NCBI GenBank assembly: GCA_051652765.1 | Contig: JBOFUV010000029.1 | Coordinates: 1-41,596, forward strand | Direction: 5' to 3' | DNA from: Microcoleaceae cyanobacterium | Lineage (GTDB): Bacteria; Cyanobacteriota; Cyanobacteriia; Cyanobacteriales; Microcoleaceae | Length of the DNA: 41,596 nt | In this document: positions 31,551-39,669 of the stretch, piece after piece | Numbering within the stretch: the stretch's first letter is position 1 | Layout: the number at the start of each line of letters is the position of its first letter | The notes under the pieces: model-generated | Told to the model about the DNA's origin: nothing | What the model saw: only the letters and a program-made list of their open reading frames with translations | Database searches by the model: none | Translations under genes and position numbers: made by a program

Positions 31551-32234
31551 TTACACCGAGTGATCAGTCAAGTTTTGATCAGAAGTTTGTCTGTTTTTTA
31601 GGTACTCAAATACACTTTTGTCCCCGATATCGGATGGAATCTCCTGAAATCCCTTTCGAGCTGCGAAGATGACAAATTGAATCGCCCAGAAAAATAGTAA
31701 AAACTTCTGATTCATGACTGACCAAATCCCTCCAATGTATCCCAAGAGAAACAGCGGGACTAGTAAGGTTAGCAATTTTGTTTCCATGCGATTGAAACAA
31801 AATGCTTCTTTGAAATAAATTCCGGTCAGTCCTACGAAAACAAAGCCGATGCCAAACAAAGTTGTAGGGTTATGATAAACAGTTAGCGCCAAGGGTTCAG
31901 GGTACTGCCAAGCAACAATTCCTGATGCAATTCCACCAACCAGCCAGAATAGTTGCAAGGAACGATGTAAAACAGCCAAGTAAATGTGAATTGTGAGTAA
32001 ACTAACGCCTAGAGCTAGCCAAAATGTGGCATAGATCCACGTTAGGTTGTCGAGAATGACTCCATTTTCTGATTGCCACAAAACAAGCCCACTGCCCAAG
32101 GCAAAGCAAAACGCTGCTATCATTAAGCTGATCCGATAGACGATCACGCCCACTCGATCGGCTTCAGTAATGATGTACTCACCAAATTGACCGTGATAAA
32201 CTTTTTGCGGATTAGCCTGTAGATCTTGACTCAT
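31551..32234 (-). CDS. DUF2301 integral membrane protein
   Basis: YHGQFGEY, IHIY, FKEAFCF, DIGDKSVF. Confidence 0.85.
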   Translation of the reverse strand: MSQDLQANPQKVYHGQFGEYIITEADRVGVIVYRISLMIAAFCFALGSGLVLWQSENGVILDNLTWIYATFWLALGVSLLTIHIYLAVLHRSLQLFWLVGGIASGIVAWQYPEPLALTVYHNPTTLFGIGFVFVGLTGIYFKEAFCFNRMETKLLTLLVPLFLLGYIGGIWSVMNQKFLLFFWAIQFVIFAARKGFQEIPSDIGDKSVFEYLKNRQTSDQNLTDHSV

Positions 32235-32352
32235 TTTTTCCTCCTATCTTAGACCGTTAGAGAGACTTCAATTTTTACTCAGAATCCCGATTTACTCTAG
32301 ATTTAATCTAAACTTTTTCAGAGAACTTTCCAGACTTTCCAGAGATAGTTTT

Positions 32353-33042
32353 ATGTCTAAATCATATCAGAAATCCGAAAAGCGTAAGATGCAGCCTGCG
32401 CCAGAAGGGCTTAAGCCATTACAGCTTGATGAAACGATTATCTGTGGCCAACATGAGCGCCACCCTAATGATTTTGCTCAGCATCTAACTCAATCTATCA
32501 CTGATTTTTTTGAACAAGCCAGCCCATTAGACTTAACCCGGTCAAAAGAATTACTTGCTACTAATGATAATGCCCTTAGAATTTTGGGAATTTTAAAGGC
32601 CGAGGGAGAGGACTCTCTGTTTGATATCGAACAGTTTGAACAGAGAATAATGTCTATTCTGAGAACAAAAGATCTGACTTTGAGTGCAGGTAAAATGAAG
32701 CAATACCTGAGGCATTTGACTAAAACAACTGAACATCCCTGCTACTTGACCGGAGGTGATGTATTTGAGTGGGAAGAAGATTTCTGGAACTCGGGCTCTG
32801 GAACCCAGAAGAAATACGAGTCTTTGAAACAAGAAAAAGCCTGTCATACTGATGTATTTCAACTTAAAAAATTTGCACCCGAGTTTGATGAAATTGATGG
32901 TTTTTTTGTAGAGGTTGAACGGACGAGCGATCGCAAAGAATTCATCCTTCCTTTAATTGATCTGACCGTTGCTGATGAAAATTCCCTCAATTATGATCTG
33001 ATCAATGATTACTGCATCTGGTTTATTAATTATGACGCTTAA
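32353..33042 (+). CDS. Hypothetical protein, C-terminal domain resembling the CcbP-like calcium-binding family
   Basis: FEWEE, VERTSDRKEFILPL.DL, NYDLINDY.IWF.NY; acidic composition. Family recalled, not verified. Confidence 0.55.
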   Translation: MSKSYQKSEKRKMQPAPEGLKPLQLDETIICGQHERHPNDFAQHLTQSITDFFEQASPLDLTRSKELLATNDNALRILGILKAEGEDSLFDIEQFEQRIMSILRTKDLTLSAGKMKQYLRHLTKTTEHPCYLTGGDVFEWEEDFWNSGSGTQKKYESLKQEKACHTDVFQLKKFAPEFDEIDGFFVEVERTSDRKEFILPLIDLTVADENSLNYDLINDYCIWFINYDA

Positions 33043-33151
33043 ATTTATACTAAATCTTAAACTTATACTAAGTATTTATAGCAACCTCTGATCAAACCAA
33101 TTTAAAACCTGCACCACAGACATCTCACGAATCTTTTAATGCTGTTTCTCC

Positions 33152-33190
33152 CTTGTGCCTGTTCCTAAGAGTAATAGGAACAGACACAAG
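33152..33190. terminator. Hairpin between convergent genes
   Basis: CTTGTGCCTGTTCCTA-N7-TAGGAACAGACACAAG. Confidence 0.65.
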
Positions 33191-33199
33191 ACAGGGATA

Positions 33200-33595
33200 T
33201 TACTGACTAACCTGTGAAATTAATTGCGTGACTCGCTCTTTCACCTGATCCCGAACTTGAGGAAAAATTTCTGGTTGTTCAGCCGGATCATCTAGTTGCC
33301 AGTCTTCAAAAACTGCTCGCGTCAGCCAGTCAGTCGGCAAATTCACACCACAACCGCAGAGAGAAATCACAACATCAAAGTCTTCTGAATTAAAGTCACT
33401 TAATGCCTTGGAAGTTTGGTTGCTAATATCAATTCCAATATCAGACATCGCTTTGATCGCATGGGGATTCACTTGGCTCGCTTCTAAACCGGAACTTGTA
33501 ATCGCAATTTTATCTCCCGCCAACTGCTTGGCAAACCCTTCCGCCATCTGAGAACGGGCAGAATTTTTCTTGCAAACAAACATAATGCGTTTCAT
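33200..33595 (-). CDS. arsC: Arsenate reductase, cyanobacterial glutaredoxin-dependent LMW-PTP type
   Basis: MFVCKKNSARSQMAEG, SLCGCG, DWQLDDP. Confidence 0.9.
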   Translation of the reverse strand: MKRIMFVCKKNSARSQMAEGFAKQLAGDKIAITSSGLEASQVNPHAIKAMSDIGIDISNQTSKALSDFNSEDFDVVISLCGCGVNLPTDWLTRAVFEDWQLDDPAEQPEIFPQVRDQVKERVTQLISQVSQ

Positions 33596-33758
33596 GAATT
33601 TCTCTCCCTGGATTAAGGATAGGTAATGAGCTTAGTCAAAGGGCAAGAATCAACCAATTTTTGGGTGAATTGTTCTAGCTCTTTTCAGCTTTAAATTGTA
33701 ACATGTAGGTCAAATTTAACCTCCTGAAATCCCTGAAACTCCTTAGAAAAGGAAAGGG

Positions 33759-33974
33759 CTAACCCCCGCCAACAATGGTGACAATTTCTAAGTTGTCTCC
33801 AGCGTGAACTTCCGTAATTTCCCAAAATTGACGATGGAGAATTTCGCCGTTATATTCGACAGCAACTAAGCGCGGGTTAACCCCGATTTGCTCTAGAAAC
33901 TCTGGCAACTTGGTTTGAGGAAAACAGGTACGAATTTCTCCATTAACTGTTAATTCAATTAATTCACTCATCAT
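33759..33974 (-). CDS. thiS: Sulfur carrier protein ThiS
   Basis: VAVEYNGEIL, C-terminal IVGGG; follows thiE. Confidence 0.95.
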   Translation of the reverse strand: MMSELIELTVNGEIRTCFPQTKLPEFLEQIGVNPRLVAVEYNGEILHRQFWEITEVHAGDNLEIVTIVGGG

Positions 33975-33999
33975 GGTCGCAGATTATGACAAATTGGCT

Positions 34000-35088
34000 T
34001 TATGTTAACGAATCTCTATTCTGAACATTCAACTGGGCTAAGAATAATTGAGTGGCTTGGGTGGGATGGGGCGCTTGCATAATCCCTCGCACAATCGCAA
34101 CCCGTTCAGCTCCAGCAGTAATGACATCTCCTAGATTCTCTAAATCAATGCCCCCAATCGCGAACCAGGGAACAGAGGAATGAAGGGTTGCATAGTGAAC
34201 ATACTCTAACCCTGCCGCCACTTTGCCGACTTTTGTCGGAGTTTCATAGACAGGCCCAACTCCAATATAGTCAGCACCCGCTGCGATCGCCCGCTGCATT
34301 TCTTCAGGATTCGTCGTTGACTGCCCAATAATCCGATGGGAACCGAGCAACTGACGGGCCACCTGAATCGGCAAGTCCTGTTGACCCAAATGTACCCCGT
34401 CCGCCTCAACTGCCAGGGCCAAATCCACCCGATCATTGACGAAGAAGAGGGCATTGTAACGAGTACAAAGGTGACGCAATTTCTGAGCATTCTCAAAACG
34501 AATCGAGTCATCGGTCTCTTTATCCCGATATTGTACAAGCTTCAACCCACCTTTCAGAGCCGCTTCTACCGTTGTTAACAGGGAATCAGTTGGAGACGTA
34601 ACCAGGTAAAGGGGAACAGCGTTCAACTGTTGCAAGCGCTTGCAGGCCAGCAGATTACTCTCCAGGGTGTACACCTGATACCGCATTGACTTAAAAGCTG
34701 CACCCATATTGGGATGATAAACCTTGCCATACTCTTCCAAGACCCTCAGGGCTTCCTCTACCCGCGCAAAATTGGCCTGAAGAACTTGGTCAACTCCTGA
34801 ACGGCTTGCCTCTTGGGGATGGGTTAAGGCTGTTCCCGGATCTTCAGGGGTGTTTCGAGCCAGTCGCAAATCCAAAGTATGCCAGCGAGCGATTTCCTGC
34901 CGCAAAGTTTTGCACACTTCAGAAAATTGAGCTTGGTTGAGGCCAAATCGACACCATTCTTCAATCACTCTCAATCCTTCCCGCGCCCGATCCAGGTTGG
35001 CATCCAGAATACGACGCAGGGCCAACCTGGATTCTGAGTGATCCACTTGAACAGGGTCTTGAACAGCTTCTTGAGCGGGTTCCTGCAT
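34000..35088 (-). CDS. thiE: Thiamine-phosphate synthase, cyanobacterial long form
   Basis: RILDANLDRAREGLRV N-domain; QYRDK, NDRVD, GVHLGQ, GPVYETPTK, AIGGI. ATG 35088 preferred. Confidence 0.95.
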   Translation of the reverse strand: MQEPAQEAVQDPVQVDHSESRLALRRILDANLDRAREGLRVIEEWCRFGLNQAQFSEVCKTLRQEIARWHTLDLRLARNTPEDPGTALTHPQEASRSGVDQVLQANFARVEEALRVLEEYGKVYHPNMGAAFKSMRYQVYTLESNLLACKRLQQLNAVPLYLVTSPTDSLLTTVEAALKGGLKLVQYRDKETDDSIRFENAQKLRHLCTRYNALFFVNDRVDLALAVEADGVHLGQQDLPIQVARQLLGSHRIIGQSTTNPEEMQRAIAAGADYIGVGPVYETPTKVGKVAAGLEYVHYATLHSSVPWFAIGGIDLENLGDVITAGAERVAIVRGIMQAPHPTQATQLFLAQLNVQNRDSLT

Positions 35089-35294
35089 TGGATTAACTGG
35101 ATTATAAGCAAATTTTTTCATATTAATTAATTTACATTGCAACAACTTGCTTAAAATATCTTAAGAAATTTTAACGAGACAAATCTTTCAACTTCCCTTT
35201 CCAAGCATCATACAATGATGCATACTTGACCCAATTCTAAGTTTCAGTAAAGACTGCGGGTTACAAAACCGTTGATTTAACGTTAATACTCTCT

Positions 35295-37082
35295 ATGACC
35301 GTGACTCCTCCACACTCTCACCCCCCTTGTCTGCAATTCTCTGCTGTGGTAATAACGCTAGCTACGGGATTAACGTTAGCTGGAATTGTTCCCTCGGTAG
35401 TAGCCACTCCCCTGCAACCGTCCGTGATCGCTCAGCAACTGCAGGCTAGTCCAGCTCTCCATCTGATCTACGTCAGCGCCAATACAGGTAATGACTCTGG
35501 CCAAGGAACTGAGCGATCACCCCTACGTACAATTACCCAAGCCTTGGGTATAGCCAAGCCCAACACCGCCATTATTCTGGCCCCTGGAACCTACAGCACT
35601 CAAACAGGGGAACAGTTTCCTCTGATCATGCGATCCGGGGTCACCATTCAGGGCAATCCCAATACCCAGGGTCAAGATGTGGTTGTGGTGGGGGGCGGAT
35701 GGTTTACCAGTCCTACCTTTGCCAAGCAGAGTATTACGGTTCTAGGGGCCAACAGTGCTCGACTCAGCGGGGTAACGATCACAAATCCTAGCGATCGGGG
35801 TTACGGTCTATGGATTGAATCCAGTTCCATGGTCGTCGCCAATAGCACGTTCACTCGAAATACCCACGATGGTATTTCAGTTGTGGGCAATAGTTCACCC
35901 CTGATTCAGGATAATCGCTTTACTCGCAATGGCGCGAATGGGATTACGGTCTATGGGTCTTCTCGGCCTGAAATTCGTAACAATGAATTCCAAGATACGG
36001 GGTTTGGCATCAATGTGGCCCAGCAAGCGGCCCCGTTTATTTCCGGGAACCGCATTATTTTCAACAAAGATGGGGTGGTGATTCAAGCCAATGCCCGACC
36101 GATTTTGCGGGACAACTACATCGAACGCAACCAACGGGATGGGGTCGTGGCGATCGCTCAAGCGATTCCTGACTTGGGAAGTTCCAGGGAGCCCGGTCGA
36201 AATCTGATTCAAAACAATGGTCGTTATGATGTTCACAATGGGACGAAGGGGCCATCCATTCAAGCCCATGGCAATCAGGTGGTAAAACTGGAAGGATCAG
36301 TTGAAGTCTCCGGCAGTTATAACGCGGCGGTTCCGGTTGCGCCATTGACAACCCGGCTATTGACAAACCGAGCGAATGAAACCGGAAGAATTAGTGATCC
36401 CTCGGCGATCTCTCCCGTGAATACCAGTGCAGTTCTCCCGGTTTTTTTACCCAATGCCTCCCAGAATAGACCCCCGGCCCAGGTCTCTGTTATTCCTGAG
36501 ACGGCAATTCCAATTACTGTGCCGCAGCCAGAGTCTCGGCAGTCCATTCGAACGCTACCACCCACTCGTTCCTCTAGAAGAACAAGAGTTCAAAGCCCTG
36601 CCAGTCAGCCTCCTAGAGAATCCTCTTCGATTCTGGCCCGTTTTAGCACGAATGCCCCTGAATCCAGTTCTAGTAGAAATTCTGTTCCTATTCCTGTCCC
36701 TGCCCCAGAATCAAACCGTCCTTCCCCGTCAACTTTCCCCAACCCAAATTCTGTGCCCAACCTACCCTCTTCAGGCGTTCTGCCTGTGCCGAGGATGAGC
36801 ATTCCCGTCAGTGGAGAAGGCTATGTCCCAACTGATCTGGGTATCGCCACTGGAGGGGTCTCCCCAATCGCATTGGGACTGAAATATCGAGTCGTGGTGG
36901 TGGTCGAGGGTGATGGTCTCTATCAGCGAGTCCAAGCGGTTATTCCTGAGGCATTTCAGACTGAGCTAGAGGGACGGCAGGTGATTCAAGTGGGAGCCTT
37001 TCGCGATCGCACTAAAGCTGACGAAGTCATGTGGCTCTTAAAACAGCGAGGCATTTCAGCACAGCTAGAACCCTTCAATTAG
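35295..37082 (+). CDS. DUF1565 / parallel beta-helix secreted protein with Pro/Ser-rich linker and C-terminal SPOR-like domain
   Basis: IYVS..GND...G....P..TITQAL, PGTYS...GE.FP, beta-helix repeats, IQVGAFRDR. Confidence 0.8.
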   Translation: MTVTPPHSHPPCLQFSAVVITLATGLTLAGIVPSVVATPLQPSVIAQQLQASPALHLIYVSANTGNDSGQGTERSPLRTITQALGIAKPNTAIILAPGTYSTQTGEQFPLIMRSGVTIQGNPNTQGQDVVVVGGGWFTSPTFAKQSITVLGANSARLSGVTITNPSDRGYGLWIESSSMVVANSTFTRNTHDGISVVGNSSPLIQDNRFTRNGANGITVYGSSRPEIRNNEFQDTGFGINVAQQAAPFISGNRIIFNKDGVVIQANARPILRDNYIERNQRDGVVAIAQAIPDLGSSREPGRNLIQNNGRYDVHNGTKGPSIQAHGNQVVKLEGSVEVSGSYNAAVPVAPLTTRLLTNRANETGRISDPSAISPVNTSAVLPVFLPNASQNRPPAQVSVIPETAIPITVPQPESRQSIRTLPPTRSSRRTRVQSPASQPPRESSSILARFSTNAPESSSSRNSVPIPVPAPESNRPSPSTFPNPNSVPNLPSSGVLPVPRMSIPVSGEGYVPTDLGIATGGVSPIALGLKYRVVVVVEGDGLYQRVQAVIPEAFQTELEGRQVIQVGAFRDRTKADEVMWLLKQRGISAQLEPFN

Positions 37083-37117
37083 AATTCCTTTAACTAGAAC
37101 CCCTTAACAATTGACCG

Positions 37118-38167
37118 ATGACCCATGATAAATTGCTTCACACCGATGCCCAACGTTTGACTCCTAACCATAATAAACCTCGTTGGGCAGGGGAGAACTG
37201 GCTTTCCAGAGGGGTGAACCTGCTGATTCAAACCCAGCCGATTTATGCCCTGATGAAGCAACAAGCGCGGAAAGTCTTGATCACAACGGCTGAAAAAAAT
37301 GGGATTCCCTGGCGGCTGAATTATCAACAGTTGGAGCAGTCAGGGGCACAACAGTTACTCTCTGAAATTGTCAATCCAGAAGTTACCTACCCTGACTATT
37401 ATCAAAAACCGTTCCATGCTTATGATCAGGGAAATCTCTGTTGGCAGGCTGCATTTGAGGCTGAGTCTGCAACCTATGCCATGGCCCTGCGGGTTTGGCC
37501 CCAGGAGAGGTTGAGTTGGCAAGGGGCTCAGAACCGATTACGATCCAGCTTTCATCAGGTATTAGGCCAATATTGTCCACCAACCGTTGCAACCGTTTTG
37601 GATGTGGGCTGTTCCGTCGGGATTTCAACTCTGGCATTACATCGTTACTTTCAAACCCAGTTGCAAGACCTGTTGCAAGACCCGTCGCAAGACCTGTTGC
37701 AAGATCAGGCCCAGCCTAACGTTCTGAACGTTCAGACCATTGGCCTGGATTTGTCTCCCCAGATGTTGTCGGTGGCCAAAACCCAGGATAGGGATCATGA
37801 GATTCAGGAGTGGCGGCACGCTCAAGCAGAATCTACTGGGTTTTCTGACCAAACCTTTGATGTGGTCACCTTGCAATTTGTGATTCATGAACTGCCTCAT
37901 CAGGCAACCCGTGAAATTTTTCGAGAGATCCTGCGGATTTTACGACCAGGGGGATGTTTGGGCATTGTGGATAATAATCCCAAATCCCCGGTGATTCAAA
38001 ACCTGCCTCCGGTACTGTTCACGTTGATGAAGAGCACAGAACCCTGGAGTGATGACTACTATACGTTTGATGTGGAAACGGCTTTACAGGAAACAGGGTT
38101 TGAATACAAAACAACGGTTGCCTCAGACCCCCGCCACCGAACCATTATTGCGATCAAACCCCATTAA
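37118..38167 (+). CDS. Class I SAM-dependent methyltransferase
   Basis: YPDYY..PFHAYD.GNL, LDVGCSVG, GLDLSPQML, HELP, KSTEPW. Confidence 0.88.
   Translation: MTHDKLLHTDAQRLTPNHNKPRWAGENWLSRGVNLLIQTQPIYALMKQQARKVLITTAEKNGIPWRLNYQQLEQSGAQQLLSEIVNPEVTYPDYYQKPFHAYDQGNLCWQAAFEAESATYAMALRVWPQERLSWQGAQNRLRSSFHQVLGQYCPPTVATVLDVGCSVGISTLALHRYFQTQLQDLLQDPSQDLLQDQAQPNVLNVQTIGLDLSPQMLSVAKTQDRDHEIQEWRHAQAESTGFSDQTFDVVTLQFVIHELPHQATREIFREILRILRPGGCLGIVDNNPKSPVIQNLPPVLFTLMKSTEPWSDDYYTFDVETALQETGFEYKTTVASDPRHRTIIAIKPH
37661..37708 (+). repeat. In-frame 12-bp repeat x4 inside the methyltransferase gene
   Basis: TTGCAAGACCTG TTGCAAGACCCG TCGCAAGACCTG TTGCAAGATCAG (LQDL LQDP SQDL LQDQ). Confidence 0.85.
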
Positions 38168-38212
38168 TTCGGCTGGATTTAACATCAGTTGCACAGGGAC
38201 AATTTACCTGCA

Positions 38213-38296
38213 TAACTTTGTTGGATTAACTTTGTTGGATTAATTTTGGTAAATTAATTTTGTGAGATGAATTTTGTGAGATGAATTTTGGTAAGT
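38213..38296. repeat. 14-bp degenerate tandem array x6
   Basis: TAACTTTGTTGGAT x2, TAATTTTGGTAAAT, TAATTTTGTGAGAT, GAATTTTGTGAGAT, GAATTTTGGTAAGT. Confidence 0.85.
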
Positions 38297-38316
38297 AGGA
38301 TTGGGATATTCCGCCG

Positions 38317-39669
38317 ATGGCTAACGAGTTTGAGCTAGCAAATACGATCAAAACTGCCTATCGGGCTTGTAGGCCAGAACCCTTGCAGGGCGAGGGCTTG
38401 GAACGCTATTATGTTGATCTCTCCGACGTTCGCAATACGGAAGCAGTCGAGGGGGTCAATGCTACTTTAGAATTTCAGGAAGACGGGCAGCCCAACACAA
38501 TTCTCTTCACTGGACATCGAGGCTGTGGCAAAAGCACTGAACTAAAACGAATTCAAAAAAAGTGGGAACAGGAGTTCCGGATTGTTTATCTGGAGGTGAA
38601 TGAAGAAACAGATATTAACGATGCGGAATACACGGATTTGTATCTGGTGGTGATTCAGAAGATCGAGTATACCCTGCGAAAAATGGGCTTACAATTTGAT
38701 CCGAAATTGCTCAGCAGCTTTGAAAACTGGTTCAAGGAAGTGATCCAGGAAGATGAACAGTCTGTGGCCGCCTCCGTGAATGTCGAGGCCGAAGCCAGTT
38801 TGGGCGCCGATGCCCCGTTTATCGCCAAGCTTTTGGTAAAACTGATGGCGCAAATCAAAAACTCCACCCAACGCAAAACGACGATCCGAAATGTCTTGCA
38901 ACGAGATGTGTCTCGCCTCAAAACAGACATTAACCTGCTGTTGCAGGACGCATCTAAAACCATTCGGCGGCAATATCCCAAGGGATTTCTGATTATTTTT
39001 GATAACTTGGATCGGATTCCGCCCCACATTGGAGAAAAGCTATTTTTTGACTATGCAACTCAACTCCAAGGCTTGGAGAGTACCCTGATTTATACCGTTC
39101 CGATTTCTGTGCTGTGCTCCCCCAAGAACCTGAGTAATACCTTTCGGAATCCCCATGTCATGCCCATGGTGAATATCTATAATTTTGATAAATTTGAGCG
39201 CGATCGCCCAACGCCCCTGAGCGAGAATCTAGAAGTCGTCAAAGCCATGGCCAGCATTATCGAGCGGCGAGTCAACGTGGAGGCGGTGTTTGAATCACAG
39301 GAGCAACTTTTAGACTTGGTGCGGGCCAGTGGGGGCCATGTGCGGCAGTTGATGTCGATGATGCAGGTGGCCTGTGTGACGGCCAGAACTCGCAGCCATC
39401 AGAAGATTCAGCCTGAGGATGTCACCTACGCGATCAAACAGGAACAGTTTAATTTTGAGCGGGCGCTGCGGGAGGAACACTATCCGATTTTGGCTAAGGT
39501 TTTTTTGGAAAAGGAGGTAGACAAAAACGAAACGGGACAACTGCTGCTGTTTAACACTTCTGTCCTGGAATACAATGGAAACAATCGCTGGAACTATCCC
39601 AATCCTGTTGTGATCCGCAGTGACCTCTTCCAATCTGCCCTTCGAGACGCTCCGAACCCATCCCCTTGA
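38317..39669 (+). CDS. P-loop ATPase, STAND/AAA-like
   Basis: Walker A GHRGCGKST, Walker B LIIFDNLDR, SGGHVRQL, C-terminal winged-helix-like LEY..NRW.YPNP. Confidence 0.85.
   Translation: MANEFELANTIKTAYRACRPEPLQGEGLERYYVDLSDVRNTEAVEGVNATLEFQEDGQPNTILFTGHRGCGKSTELKRIQKKWEQEFRIVYLEVNEETDINDAEYTDLYLVVIQKIEYTLRKMGLQFDPKLLSSFENWFKEVIQEDEQSVAASVNVEAEASLGADAPFIAKLLVKLMAQIKNSTQRKTTIRNVLQRDVSRLKTDINLLLQDASKTIRRQYPKGFLIIFDNLDRIPPHIGEKLFFDYATQLQGLESTLIYTVPISVLCSPKNLSNTFRNPHVMPMVNIYNFDKFERDRPTPLSENLEVVKAMASIIERRVNVEAVFESQEQLLDLVRASGGHVRQLMSMMQVACVTARTRSHQKIQPEDVTYAIKQEQFNFERALREEHYPILAKVFLEKEVDKNETGQLLLFNTSVLEYNGNNRWNYPNPVVIRSDLFQSALRDAPNPSP

Noticed and set aside
33200..33595. Arsenic-resistance island
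   Set aside because: arsC is solitary, with no arsR, acr3/arsB or arsH adjacent.
35089..35294. TPP riboswitch upstream of thiE-thiS
   Set aside because: No CTGAGA-type conserved core on the minus strand.
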